A program made the translations under genes and the position numbers. From contig CM119371.1 in assembly GCA_051294905.1 (NCBI GenBank), positions 5,148,001 to 5,208,000 of the forward strand: a stretch of DNA of 60,000 bases, given 5' to 3'. The notes below the pieces were generated by a model. It ran no database searches. It was not told where the DNA came from and saw only the letters and a list, made by a program, of their open reading frames with translations. The stretch is from Botryllus schlosseri. Its lineage: Eukaryota. This document shows positions 1 to 15,099 of the stretch, piece after piece (the stretch's first letter is position 1; every line of letters starts with the position of its first letter).

Positions 1-3000
1 TTTCCACAGTTTTCACCCTATATGACGTCATTATCGTTGGTACTCGCATACTCGACTCGATGTCTAATACTCGATCCATAATGAAGTCAGTGAAGTACTC
101 GATTTTGTCAGCCGTAAACATGTTATACAACATGCTATGAAAAATCATGGTAGGTCAGCATTGGAAACGAGTCACCATGTTCGACTCGCAAGTCATATCG
201 AGTCATTGCATATTTTGAATTGATTCAAGTTACTCGATTTTTCCAGGCCATGTCAAAAGTAGGAGTCTAGAGTCAGGGAAAGTCACTCATTTTTTTATTG
301 TGACTTGAGTCAAGGTAAGTCTCTCGATATTTCAAGGAGACTTGGGTCAGATGAAGTCACTGGAGTTAAGACAAAACACCTAAAATTGCTCACCAAGAGT
401 TAAATTATTAACGAGAATTATCGCTTTGATATTATTTTTCCTTGAGGAAAGCTGTAAACCTTGATTTGTGGTATCGCAGCGTAAGAAACATGTGGTATAA
501 AGGCACAGCATTACTGGAAACAACATATCTATGAAGTCGTGGTCCAGCCACGTATTGTCACCAACTGCAATGAAATAGGTATGGTTGAAAAATACAAATT
601 ATGTAATGTGGTGTAGAAATGGCATTACGTTATTTGTGGTCGCATAGTTGAACTTTCCAAAATTTTCACAATGGTATGCAGTCACAAGAGGTTATACTCA
701 AATACTCAACTTGAAGCTTAATACTTGGATCAGGTTAGAATTTGTCAGCTACTCGATTCTGCTCAGCCCTACACCTAATACCCTCGCAGCCTCCTTTTAC
801 AAAAATTCCTTATCAATGTTGGCTGATACTCACAAACACAACTCAGTGACCAGGCGTTCACTTTGAAGCTGTGTCCATACTTGCCGACAACTTCCGGGGC
901 AATATACTTACTTTCGTGTGCTGCAAAAAGTATTCTTTTTGTGGCTGTCAAAGTCGACCTTGGCAGCTTGAGCGAACTCTCCGATCTTCACAACTATATT
1001 GTTCACGGATAGGTTCCACAGCTGTCAATACAAATTTCACATTCAGATACACAAGTTTACAAACTTGTACAAACTAATAATCTAGCTAATTTATGACCAG
1101 CTTGGTACTTTTTTTTGAGTAGTTCAAGTTTTAGTAGCGGATTTGAAAAGCGAGTAGTTCTAGTTGTAGTTATGAAAAGTGCATGGTTATTGATATGCGT
1201 TTCCAAAGCAATTTCCGTACATCTAGAAAACATGAGTCGTCGTTTGGCGGGAATCGTGATACCGGTGTTCAGTTGTTTGATGTTTTTGCAGCCATCGCTA
1301 GATCACAGTCATAACTAGAAACAGTGGCGTAGCCAGTGAGTGGGTTTTGGGGGTTGACACACCTGTCATTTTTAAATAAAACGCCGGTCATTTTGAAATA
1401 CTGATTCTATCTTCGAATTTCCTAGTTCATTTGTTATTCAGTAATTTGTGTCATCAGTTATTAATTAGTGGCAGAATCTTCATGGTCATTAACTCCGGTT
1501 TAGAATTTTGAAAAGTGAGTAGTTTGTAGAAGTCTGACACTACTGCCAGAAATGTTACCTTGATATCCATGTGAACCATCTTACAATCGTGAAGATGAAA
1601 AACTACAAGCAGAAAATGTTGCACTTAGCAACGAGTCTCTTGTTCTGTGATGGCACACCTTCTTTAGTAAACTTTCATCAGTAATGAAAACAAATGGAAA
1701 GGTATAAAGGATTGATGGCATCAAAACATAAATATCATCTGTTGGACAAGTCTAAATCAGTTGTTGTCAACCTTTTTGCGGTCGCAGGCCAGTACAATTC
1801 TGCAACAAATTTTGTGGACCAGTGAAACTACATTTAATTTAAACTACATAAATTGGAAACTACATTTATTGCTTCCTTTTTGATATCGGACGTACTATAC
1901 CCAGAGCTCGGCAAGATCAAGTTAATGAGTGATTTCGTTCTAAATCGAGTATTAGGCTTCTTTTCGAGTATTTGGGTATCCCCAATTATGATGTCACACC
2001 AGAATGGATGATGCGGAAAGTACCAATATGGACCTTTTATGCGACCGTGAGTAAGATCATGGCAGTTTTACATCACATTAAAGATCATTCCGTATTTTAC
2101 GACCATGTCTATTTCTTGCACTTTGTGTTGGTCGATCAAAACTTCAAAGAAATGTCATTTTCACTAATATGCGGAGCTGTGTACTACATGTAAAGTATGC
2201 TGTGATACGTCTAATCGAGGTTTACAACTTTCCACACTGAGAAATAGGTTCGTAATATAATTTCCATCGGTAATTCACCTGTCAGTTAAGTTCAAGTTAT
2301 TGTTGATCATCATTGCTTATGTGGAAGGAGCGTATCATTTCAGTACTCAAAAAATCATCTCTCACTTGGCCTACTGAGTTCGAATTATTAGAATATAAAC
2401 TCGGTCAGGATTTAAGGACTCAAATCATGACGCCATGTCATCATAGTTGCGTCGCTAGAAAATTTTTATATATTTTAAAACTAGATTAGAATTGCAATTA
2501 CAGCTGCACATTTCCAAATTAGATTAGAATTACTTGGTTCGGAAGAATCCGTGAAATCCAACGGCGTGTTTGCAATACAAATTGCAGTGAAGACTGATCT
2601 CAAGGCACATTTTGCGTTTCTCATGCTCATTGAAGAACAGTGCCTGAAATTCAGATTTAGATTTTAAAGTGAGTTAGTAGTTCTACTTCTTATTCCAGTT
2701 GTTAGTTTAAAAAATAAGTAGTCCTACTTATAGTAGTCATTTTGAATGTCCAATAGTTTGAACAAGTCTGCTGAAATTCAGATGAAATTTGCATTGTATT
2801 GAAATAGGGTTTTCTGTGGCATGTTTGGAAAAGAATCAGTACTAACGATGCTATTCATTCCTTTGAATACGACTGCACTTTAATGCAGACTCCGAATAAA
2901 ACGGGCTAGTAAAACCAATCAAAAATGTCATTCTACATGAGAAGTTCAATATGTGGCCATAGGTGAAATGAGTTTTGATTGTTTTGAAACGTGACTAGAA

Positions 3001-6000
3001 GCTGAATTGAACAATCAGGAGGAGCATGACCACTTCATGAATGTCAAGAGGACGTTTATTTTATAAGGTATAATGATAGCCCCCGTTCATGCAATAATAT
3101 CGAGTCTATATTACAGTTTGAAAGATATCGACCATTAGATGTAAAAAAATACCTGTAAATTTTGTGGCGCCACAACATGGTATCAGGCAGTCGGAAAGCT
3201 GTCATCTGTGATCGCTACCCGGAAATATTCATCAATTTCTTTTCGCTTAGTAGTGGTAAAAATAGTCATCATAGTTGGTACTCGACTATAGAAGTAACAT
3301 TGTAATGTCTGCTCAAGTACAAGCTGAAGTAGCAACTTCAAAGTAGGAAATAAAGCAAGTACGGTATTCTAGACCTAGTTTTGCCTAAGAAACTGAACTG
3401 TCACATAGGAGACACACAAGTAGTCTGAAATCATAACCACTAGACTTACTTGAGCAATTAGTGCAAATATACTGCAAAACCTATTTGAGTACTCTGAAAG
3501 GATAGAAGTTCTATTGTTATGACGACGTATGTCGACAAGTGTCCAGATGCATCTTTCTCTTGTTCATTACATGTTCAAAAACATAGGAACAGCGCGCAAA
3601 ATTGTTCAAATAAATGCTCTGAAGGTTTTGGAAATGTGAATTAAGCTAGATGCCATATTATTTCAATATCAGCCGAATATATCGGGGTTATCGTTGAAGG
3701 TGCTACTTATCGGTATTGGCTCAAAATACGATATCCGTCGGGCTCGAGTTGTCATGAGTGAGACTCGAGTACGCGACTCGAAACGTAATACTCGATTCAG
3801 AATCGAATCAATCAGGAACTCAAATTTGCTGAGCCCTACGAAAAAATCTTACTGTTCAAACTCTGCAGAGGACGCTTTGGTGACGGCTTCCCGAGAACCT
3901 AGACGCCATGGTCAAGCAGATTGTGGGCAGTTTCTGTGAAATGTTGCCGTTGAAGAACCCGGTCGCCAGCACTTTCTTTACAGAGGGTCGTTGAGATGGG
4001 TCGCTTGCCAACATTCTAGTAAGAAAATCACAGATAATAATCAAAGCACAGATATCAACTCACATTTTAACATCATTTGGAAATCAATATTTGTGAAATT
4101 ACAACTATTATACAAATGTAGATTTTGATTTGATATCTTAAACTTATTCCGTGTTTGGATAGGAAGAGATTCAAGGATCAGGATGAGCAGATTTGGAGAC
4201 TTGGACACCTAGAAAATTTTCAGCTTTATGAAGTTATATTAGGATTAGAATTGCAGTACATCTACAAAGTATTTTCCATATGAGAGTACAATTATAATGA
4301 TAGCAACACAGCAATCTTCAAATGATATGAAAATGAGAATGATAGCGACATAGTTTTTGTTTCGAATTGGAGTAGAATTAGTATAACAGCTAAAGAGTTT
4401 TTCTCCAAATCAGGCAGTTATTAGAATGATGGCTACACATTGGATTACAATTGGAATTACTCAGCTCATGAAAACTTGGACATCGAATGAGGATCAGTTG
4501 ATATCAAATCAGAGATAATTCTGATAAGCAAAAGAACGTCAAATGTCTGTACATCGAGCTTGGTTAGTTTCGTACGATACAGCTCTTCTGCAGTAGTTTT
4601 AGGAAAACCAGAAATTAGATTACAGGCATTCACTCTTACTAGTTTTATTAGACAACTACACAACAATTATTACCTTGATACCTCTGTCGATGATCTTACA
4701 ATCATGAAGATAAACAACGTTAATCAGAATTGGTTGCATGCGATAACGAGTCTCCGCTTCAGTGATGACGCGTCTTCATTTGTGAACTTCCATCAACGAT
4801 TGAAAACATAAATTAAAGGTAATCGGATTGACAGGATGAAAACAGAAATATTATTTGTTGGCAACATCTAAATCAGTGGTTGAGATAGCGGGCCTGTAAA
4901 ATTCAACAACAAAATTTTTGAACCGATGAACTTTCAAATTTAAAACTTCATTTCATGCATTTTTGATATTTGACTTGGTATACGTAGGGCTGGGTGAAAT
5001 CGAGTGCCTGATTAATTTGATAAAACGAATCGAGTATTAGGCTTTGAGTTGAGTATTCGAGTATCACTTATTATGATGCAATACCAGTATGGATGATTTG
5101 TAAAGTTTGTCAATCTGCCAAACATACCAATTTAATTGCACATTGTGACAATGCTGTGAGTTGACCACGACTTCACAGATATGTCATTTCCAGTAACTTG
5201 CTTAGCTTTGTGCTACGTGTTTCGTATGCTGTGATCCGACCTATCGAGGTTTATAGCTTTCCACAGTGGAAAATACTATCAAACCATAATTCTCATTGAT
5301 AAATTCACTCTCACTTCAGCTCAGTTTGTTTGCCGCTTGTGGCCAGGAGCATATTATTCCATTACTTGGGAAAATCGCATACCACTACTCTACTCCGATC
5401 ATTAGAATGAATATTTGATTCAGAATTGAGTACTCGAATCATTGTGACCAAAGCGATAGCGATCAAAGTTGTGTAACGAAATTTTCAAATCAAAACTAGA
5501 TTAGAATTAAAATTATATCTATACAGTTTTATTTTTAAAGTAGATGTGAATCATATTCATAGCTACTGTCTCGTGCTTGAAATTAGATTTTTAGCTACAT
5601 GTTTTTTTTTAAACTAATTAGACTAGAATTACGCAATCCGCAAATGAAATGAACCCAAAATCAGTTTACTTGATATCAATTGGTTGCCCAAGTCTACCAG
5701 TAATACACGTTGCAGAGTTGATGCCTTTGCGACCATCATGGTTCCTGAGGCAATACAGTTGTAACAACGAAATGCTTTTACCCTTCTTTTGCACAACTCG
5801 AGAATGATGTCGACAAAATCCGAGATATCCAACGACGTGCTTGAGATTCATACTGCGGTGGGGACTCATCTGTCGACACATTTTGTCTTTCTGATGATCA
5901 TCCGTGAGCAATCCCTGGAATTCAGATACAGGGTGCTAGTTTTAGTTGCAGATTTTGAAAAGTGAGTAGTTCTAGTTCTATTTGCGAATTTATAGTAATT

Positions 6001-9000
6001 TCAGTTGCCAATCAACTGGGAAACGCCTGTCTTCATTCGGAGTGAATCATAACATTGTGGATAAACCTTTTTTCCAAATTCGACCAGAATTAGAATGATA
6101 GCTACAAATGTCTTTCCAACTTGCATTGGAATTGTAATAACTTACCCTAATTCATCAAAGAAATAGTACGAGAAGCAAGTTCACTTGATAACAATTCCGG
6201 GTTTATTCTCGTAAGCACGAGAATAGCAAATGTCCGTAAACCAAGCTTGGCTCGTTTCATACAATACAGTTCTTCTGTAGCATATTTAGGAACAACAGAA
6301 ATCAGATTGAAATTAAAATGTGGACGTAAAGTCATTGACAAATCAGATTAAAACTAGATTACCAGTATTTGGGGCTCTAGTAAGGATAATTAGACAAGAA
6401 TTATGTAGCTGTCCAAGTCTGCTAGGAGGTTTAATGAACGTTACAGAGCTGATACAATTGCAACCACCACAGTTTGTGAGACAGTACAGTTGTTACGAGG
6501 AATTGTTTTTACCCTTCTTTTGCGCAACTCGAGAACGCTGTAGACTAAATCCTCGTCTTGGAAAAAACCGCAAAATCAAACGACTTGCTTGTGATTCCAG
6601 CTGCAACAGTGATGATCTCCTGACACATTTTGTCGTTCTGATGACATTTCCTGAAATTGAGATTCGTACAAACAAATACCCAATCTAATTACGTGACGAG
6701 CAACTAACTACGTCTTCCTCTGACTAGTCGTATTTCTAATTGTGGACTTGGAAAAGTGAGTAGTTCCAGTTATAGTTGCACATTTTGAAAATCCATTATG
6801 GTACTTTGCTGGCCAACCATGTATACCAAGGGTAAATTAAAAAATGCATCAAGTTATAAGTGGGAAGCTTATGGCTAGGACTGGGAACAATGATTCGGAT
6901 ATTGAGCATCAATTCTAATGATGAGAGTCGAGAAGTGAGAGATGTTTTTTTAGTTTTAAAATGATACACTCCTGGCCACCATGTTGAAATCTATCAACGA
7001 GAATTATAATTTTGACATGATTTTCCTCTGTGGAAGCCAGGAATTCTCGATTGATCATATCGCATCATACGAGATATGTCGTACAAAACAATACACGTTC
7101 GTGGAAATGACATTTCTCTGAAGGAATCAACTCACAGCACTGTCACAAAGTGCAATGAAATAGGCATGGCCGAAAAACTACAAAATTATCTTTATTATGA
7201 TGTGGAACTGGCATTATAATCTTTGTGGTTGCATAAAAGGTACGTATTTGAATTTTGCACTTCAATCACAATGTTGTTGGCGATGTAATGAATGCTGCTC
7301 AAATACTCGACTCAAAGTCGAATTACTGGGGTGCGCGACATTTTCCATCTCTACACCTAAGACCCTTACAACGCCAATGCTGCATCATACTTACATAACA
7401 CAGCCCAACGACCGGGTGTCCACTTTGAAACTGTGTCCTTACTTTCCTAGAACTTCCAGGGCAATATAGTTGGATGTGCCGCATAATGTAGTCTTTTTTT
7501 GGTAGTCAAAGTCGGCTTTGGTAGCTAGGCCAGAATATCTTCATCTTTATATTGTTGTTCAGGAAGAGATTCTTCAGCTGTCAATACAAATGTTGCATTT
7601 TGTTACACAAGCATCCAGACTTGTACAAATTACCAGTCTAGTTGGTTGATAGCCAACAAACTACTGCTTCTTTAATTAGATCTAGTTGCAGATTTGAAAA
7701 GTTTGGTTGTCGGGCAACCAGAAAACACGTTTTGTATGAATCCTGATAACGTTTTTCTGTTGTGTCATGTTCTTATTTCTTGGTTCATGGCAATTCAGTA
7801 ATTCACGTACTAGTTAAGTAGTTCGTTGTGGATTCTTAATGTTCGTTAGTTCTAGTTCTAGTCGAAAATTTTGGAAAGTGAGCAAGTCTCGTTTTAGTAA
7901 TAGTAGCGTATTTCAATAGTCCCGTAGTTTGTACAAGTACGGTACCACTGCAACAAAATGTCATCTCGATATCCGTGTAAATGATCTTACCAGTATGAAG
8001 ATAAACGACTCCAAGCAAAATCTGTTGCATATCGTAACGAGACTCTGGTTCCGTGATGACGCGCCGTCTTGTGAAGTTCCATCAGCGACTCGCAACAAAA
8101 ATCAGAGCTTATTGGATTGCCCCATTGAAATCACCAATATTATTTGTTGGGCACATCTGAATCAGAGGTTCTCAATCTGTTTGAGCTCGCGGGTTGGTCA
8201 TATTCGACGTCTAATTTCGCATACCGGTGAACTTCCAATTAAAAATGACATGTAATGCTGCCTATTTGATAATAGACATGTCCTATGTAGGTATTTGTGA
8301 AATGAAGCACCCAAGTGATTTGATTATAATTCCCACTACAGAAGGCTGTAAGAGTCTATGACCTGTGTGTGAGTCATGATCAACCCACAGTATTCTCACA
8401 AAGTGTAATGAAATAGGTGTGGTCGAAAAAATACAAAATTATCATGATTGTGATGTGCAAGAATGCAACTGGCGTTAAATTGTTTGCGGTTACATACTTT
8501 AACTTTCTCCACCTTTCATACTGCTATGACGTCATTATAGATGGTACTCGAGTTCTTGACTCGAAGTCCAATACTCAATCTAGAATCGAGTCACCCAGGT
8601 ACTCGATTTTGCCCAGTTGTAACCATATTATAGAATTTTTAAAATCTCACCGTTGCAACTTGGCTCAACGTTGCAGTTGACATTCCGATAATCAGGCAAG
8701 CAGGTGGTCGGTAGTTGTTGTGGAATGTAGCCGTGGAAAACTCACTGGACAGTGATTGCCTCGCGGTGGGTCGTTGTGATCGGTCAACAGAAAATACACT
8801 GGGAAAAATCATGGTAGAAAATTCAGAGTTGGAAATGTGTCACCATGTTCGAGTCGTAAGTCATATAGAGTTATTGATCATTTTGAATTAGGTCAAGTTT
8901 TCGATTTTCCAAGGCAGGTTACTCGGTTTTTGAATGTGACTCGAGTCAAGTTAAGTCACCTGATATCTTAAGGAGACTTCAGTCAGCTAAAGTCACTCAT

Positions 9001-12000
9001 TTTTAAAGGTTACTAGAGTTAAGTAACACGCTTGAAAAAGTCCCAACACTGCGGATGCAGAACACATTTGAAAAAGGCAAACTCCCAACTCCACGTCACA
9101 GATATAACATACATTTTGATAAGATCGCAAGCTGTGATTGATATATTATGTGGAATAATATTTTCATTCTTCACGATTTTAAAGGCTTCCTGCAACGTCA
9201 TGACTCCAAACGGTACCTTACGGACCAACAATGTCAAACCACGATAGAGAAAACATGAATCAAGTTACTTTGTTTGATGTTGATGAGGGTGGGAACAATG
9301 ATTCAAGTTAAGTAGTAAAATAATTATTTTCGAGTTCTAAAACGATACGTTTCTTGCCACCAACATTAATTTTTCATAGAGAATTATAGTTTGAATACAA
9401 TTTTCCACCGTGGAAGGCTGTAAACCTTGATCAGTTATATCACAGCATACGGAATAGGTAGTATGAAGGTAAAGTGCTAGTGGAAATAACATTTTTGTGA
9501 AGTCAGGATCAACCAACAACATTGTCACAGTGCAATGAAATAGGTACGGCTAAAAAATAACAAATATTTTTTCAACTTTCACATCTTTCATACTGGTTTG
9601 GCGTCAGAATGATTTATACTCGAATACTCGAGTCAAAGTCTAATACTCTATTCAAAAATAAAATCATGTATTCGATTTTGCCCACCTCTACAGCTAAGGC
9701 CCTTGTGACCCCCATTTAGTAAGTCCCAAGTTAATGCTGCATCATACTCACGAAACACATCCCATCGACCAGGTGTCCAATTCATGACTTTTTTCCATTC
9801 TTGCCGAGAACTTCTGGGTCAAAATAGTTGGGTGTAGCTGAAGAACTATTCTTTGTTTGGCTGTCTATGTCGACTTTGGTAGTTAGGCCGAAATCTCCTA
9901 TCTTCATCTCCATTTTATTGCTCAGGAATATATTCCCAAGCTGTCAAGATAAATCCAGTTACACAACTATATAGACTTGTACGAACTACCAATCTATTTG
10001 GTTGATGGTCAACTAAGTAGGCCTACTAGTTTTGTAGGTAATTCTAGTTCTAGATAGGCATATAAAAAAGTTTACGAACAACTAGTTGACACAAGTCGTG
10101 ATATCGGTGTTATGTGGTTTGATGTTCTTTCAGTCGCAGCCATTGCTAGCTCAGAGTCACCACTATTAACAGTCGTGTAGCCTTAGGGAAGGTTATGGGT
10201 CGACACCTTCTCATTTACACTAGAAACCCGTCCTTCTGAAAGGCTGATGATCTCTGATATTTCTTAGCCCGTTGCGATTCAGTTATTCATATGTTTAATT
10301 ATTATCAGTTAGCCGTGTATTTAGTTACGTTAGTGGCAGATATTTAACAGTCGTTAGTTCGAGTTGTTGCAATGTAAATAGTCTAGCTGTAGCTACGTAT
10401 TTTGAAAATCGAGTACTTGTAGTTCTAATTCTAATTCTGAATTATGGAAAGCAAGTAGTTCTGGTTGTAGTTGTGAATTCATAAAAGTGAGTAGTTGTAG
10501 TTTGGGTTTCGTAATGAAAATCCATTGGTTTGAACAAGTCTGGTACCACTGCAAGCAATGTTACCTGCTTATCCCTTTTACTGATCTTAATCGTGAAGAT
10601 GAACGACTGCAAGCAGAATCTGTTGCATGTAATAACGAAACTCTGGTCCTGTGACGACGCATCTTCTTTTGTAAACTTCCATCAGCGACTATCAACAAAA
10701 TTCAAAGCTCATGGGAATAATGGAATGAAAACGACAATACTATTTGTGTGGAACATCTAAATCAGTAGTTCACAACCTGTTTGAGTTACTGGTCAACAAA
10801 AATTCTGACATAAAACGTAGCAGACAGGGTGACCTTCTAAAATAGAAATTCATTCCATGCTGCTTTTTTGATTTTAGACACGAAACAGAGTGATTCGATT
10901 CTAAACCGAGATTTAGGCTTCTAGTCGATCATTACTTATTATCACGTCACAACAGTACGGAAGATGCGGAAAGTTCAAATATGTAACTTTATTGTGACAA
11001 AAAACAATATCATGCCTGATCTACATGACATCAAAGATAATTTGTATGTTTTTGCCATACCGGTACCGTACCTATTTCATGCACGATGTGGCAATGATGT
11101 GGGTTGATCACAGCTTCACAGATATTTGGAAGGCATTTGCTATATTTAGTTTTATTAGATAACTCCGCTATGATTATTTAGTTACCCAAGTCTGACCATG
11201 ACAATGTAAAAGTACTTCGTTACTGATCAACTCTGACCTAGTACAATGCAAGCAATATTACCATGATATCTCTGTGAATGATCCTACAGTGATGAAGTTA
11301 AACGGGTCCAACCACAATCTGCTACATGAAAGAAAGAGTCTTTGGTTCTGTGATGGAGCGCCATCTTTTGTAAGCTTCCATCAGCGACTGACAATATAAA
11401 TTTAGGGATTGACAGGGTGAAAATAACAATACCATTTGCTGCAACATCGAAATCAGTGGTTCTCAACCTTTCTGAACTAGCGGGCCAGTAAAATCTGACA
11501 GCAATTTTTTGCGCAGATGAACTTTCCAAATTAAAAACTTCGTTTCATGCTGCCTTTTTGATATTTGACTACCTGACTGATTTGAAATTGAATCGAGTAG
11601 AATGCTTCGAGTCGAGTATTACTTTTTATGGTTCCATACCAGAATGGTTGAGAAAATTCAAATATGTGGACTACCTTTCACGCTGCTACAAACAATATAC
11701 TAAAGACAATTTGTCTATTCTCGACCACGCCTATTTCATTACACTATGTTGTTAATGCTGTGATTGATCACGACGTCACAGATATATCATTTCTAATAAC
11801 GTGCATAACTTTGTACTCCATACTTCATATGCCGTGATACTGCTAATTGAGGTTTACAGCTTTCAACAGTGGAAATAGTATTGAAGCTATAATTCTCATG
11901 GATAAATCCACTCCCAGTTAATCTCAGTTTGTTTTTAATCATTTCACCTCTTGTGGCAAGGAGCGTATCATTTCAGTACTATAAAAAGTCGTTTTCACTA

Positions 12001-13068
12001 CCAGACTCTGATTATTATGATTTACTCAATTCAGATTCGAATATTCAATTCATTGTGACATCCCCTAGTGGTCAAAATTGTGCAACTAGAGAATTTTCAG
12101 CTGTTAGTAACTAGATTAGAATTACAATAATAGCTAAACACGTTTTTTTTTAAATTTGATTAGAAATTTGATTAGAACAGTGATAACTACACCCTACACA
12201 AGTCTTTCCACTTTAAATTATAATTATAATTACTCATTTAATCAAAGAAATTGTACAAAAATACGGTGTCAGTTCATATCACATCAGGGTTTCTTCTCAT
12301 AAGCACGACAATAGCAAATGTCTGCACATGTGGCTTGGCTCGTTTCATACGATACAACTCTCGCGTAGCATTTTAGGAGCACCAGACATTACATTAAAAT
12401 TAAACTGTGGACGTACCGTAAACGCATTGACGAATCAGACTCTCACAAGATTACCAATATTTGGCTCCATTTTGGTTGATTAGACAAGAAGTATCTAGTT
12501 GTCCAAAGTCTGCTAGTAATGAACATTACAGAGCTGATGCAATTGCGCAACACTTTGAGAGGCATTACAGTTGTTACAAGAAAATGCTTTCACCTTTCTT
12601 TTGCACAACTCGAGAACGATGTCGACAAAATGGAAAAATCTGTGAAATATAACGACATGCTCGTGATTGGAACTGCGATGGAGGCTCATCTCTTGACACA
12701 TTTTCTATTTCTAATGATCATTTCCTGAAACTGAGACTCGTACAAATCACCTATGTAGTTCGGTGACAAGCAACCAACTAAGTCTTTCTCTGACTAATTC
12801 TATTTCTAATTGTGGACTTAAAAAATTAAGTACCGTAATTTTCCAAGTATAGTACGCCCCCATGTATAATACGAACTCTTAAAATGGCATGCAAATTCTG
12901 GAAAAAGCCTGTGCCCATGTATAGTACGCACCCTGCATTTAAAGTACACGAATAGCTGTGTTTCAGTATACTATGTCGACATGTCGTTCTGTTTTGCGAT
13001 GTCACTATTCAACAATCATGACATAACCATCGCTAATCATTATGCAATTAACAGCACTGTCTCTAAAC

Positions 13069-14448
13069 CAGAGGCCTCAAACTCAAATGTGCTCGTGGGC
13101 CTGTTTCCCAGTTTTGACGACGCCGCGGGCCGCAGCATTTATAGGGGTATTCTATGTCTTTCCAAGTAGGCCATATTTAGTGGGAATGAATTGTCCTATT
13201 GAAAGTGAGACGATCAAGCAGACTGACAGTAAACATACATCGTCAAAATGTGATTCACTCTTGTATCAATTTAGACCTGGCACGAAAAGAATCATCACAT
13301 TTATAACTATTTGAATAGAATTGTTGTCATACTTGATATATATTAATTATAAGCAATGTTCCCTCTAAGCTGCGCATGTGCGCTAATGTACAGTGCTGAC
13401 ACAGTCTCTGCGCACAGAAAATCCAAGTTGCGCACGAAAAATCCGAAGTGATGACCTTTTTTTAGTCGTTACGCACTGTTGTCCAAGGGTCTGCGCAGTG
13501 AGTTGGTGAGTGTGCGCAGACTCGTCAAAAATTGAAGGGAACATTGATTATAAGATATAAGCACCATATGGGGAACAAATGTATAATGCCATCATAAACG
13601 CTATCGGGTTATAATTTTGCAGCTACTATTAATATTTTGGATTTAACAGATTGATGATAGAGACTGATCTGAAATCAAAATATTTTTAGGTTGGGCATTG
13701 TAATTCCGATCCAGGATTTGGGTATACTTCTGATAAGTAGGCTATTAATCTCACGGCCAAATATCTTCAAATATAGGATCAGAAACAAGTAAAAATATAC
13801 TATAAATATATTATTGAATATGTCCTAGTGAGGGAAATCTCGGAACACCGAACGGCCCATTGTTGTTACATCTTTGGAGCGTACCACTACGGTACTCGGT
13901 GGCCTTAATAACATGATTTAGCGACTAAAGATGTAACTAACAGATTGCCAATGGTTGCCATGACCACTGGCTTAATTAGCGAAATACCAAGCTACGACCT
14001 TCTGATCTATTACTATTCCCCTGATACGCGATTTGTTTGTTGCGATTAGTTTGTTGCGTACACGGCATTTCGAGTCACTTCGAGTCCAGCCGAGTCATTT
14101 TTCTTTTGCCATCGAGTTAGCCCGAGTCTGAGTAATTCTAAGAAAGGTCGCGTCCAAGTCCAACTCACAAATTCCAGTCACGAATCGCCTACGGGTCAGG
14201 TTTTGTCATCATGAATTGGAAATGTGGCGAAATAGTAAATCTTCCACTTCATGGTAGCGTTTGTAATCAATGTGATAGTGAAGTTTGATGAATAGTTTCA
14301 GGCTATCGCAGCAATTTAAGAGGGTAATTTCACTTTATGTCCTGAAAAGATATATGTGACACTTCTATATTGTCAAATTAATAAAAATCTAAAATGTCGT
14401 CGCGGGCCGCACAAAACGCTCTGGCGGGCCGCGTGTTTGAGACCTCTG
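13069..14448. mobile_element. Non-autonomous hAT element
   Basis: TIRs CAGAGGCCTCAAAC ... GTTTGAGACCTCTG; perfect 8-bp TSD CTCTAAAC (13061-13068 and 14449-14456); CGCGGGCCGCA subterminal motifs. Confidence 0.85.
13354..13546. mobile_element. hAT-type MITE nested in the hAT element
   Basis: TIRs CAATGTTCCCT ... AGGGAACATTG; perfect 8-bp TSD ATTATAAG (13346-13353 and 13547-13554). A partial copy lies at about 56078-56147. Confidence 0.85.
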
Positions 14449-15099
14449 CTCTAAACGGTGGTAGATAGCAGTCAAAGCCTGCAGTGCTGGCGACGCGATA
14501 GTTCAGGCAAGCGACACGACATCTTGAGCACGAGGCCTATTACAGGTGCGATTGCTAATCATTATACAATTAATGGCAATGTCTTGCTACTCGGCCTGAA
14601 TCATTGGGCCCAGTCCTAGTGATCAAAGCTGTGCAATTGAAAAAATTCATATCTTTCGAACTAGATTAGACTTATACCGATATAGTGTTTTTCCTAACTA
14701 AATTAAAATAACAGTTTTCCGAATAAAATTTGAATTAGAATTACTCGATTCACCAAACAGATACAGAAAAAATTTAGTTAAGTGCATATCATATCTGAGT
14801 TCATTCTTATAAGCACGAGAATAGCAAATGTCTGTACAGTGTCTTAGAGAGTGCCGTACACCTTGTTTTGCTCGTTTTGCCCGGTACAATTCTCCTGTAA
14901 CATTTTCAGATACAGCAGATTAGAATTAAAATGTGGGCAAATAAACATTTTACAAATCGTGTTGGAATTAAATCATTGCCATTCGTCTAAGTCTTAGACT
15001 CTAAGACCTCCAGAATTATCTAGTTTTCAAAGCCTGTTAGTAATGAGCGTGAAAGAGCTGATGCACTTGCCAACGTATCACAGTCGTATCAAAGAAATA

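Larger units (their letters stand above)
12833..14585. mobile_element. pogo/Tc1-mariner-like MITE, truncated on the right and interrupted by a hAT element
   Basis: Begins TA|CCGTAATTTTCCAAGTATAGTACGCCCCCATG, near-identical to the left end of the complete copy at 15100. Homology resumes after 14456 and stops at about 14585. Confidence 0.75.
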
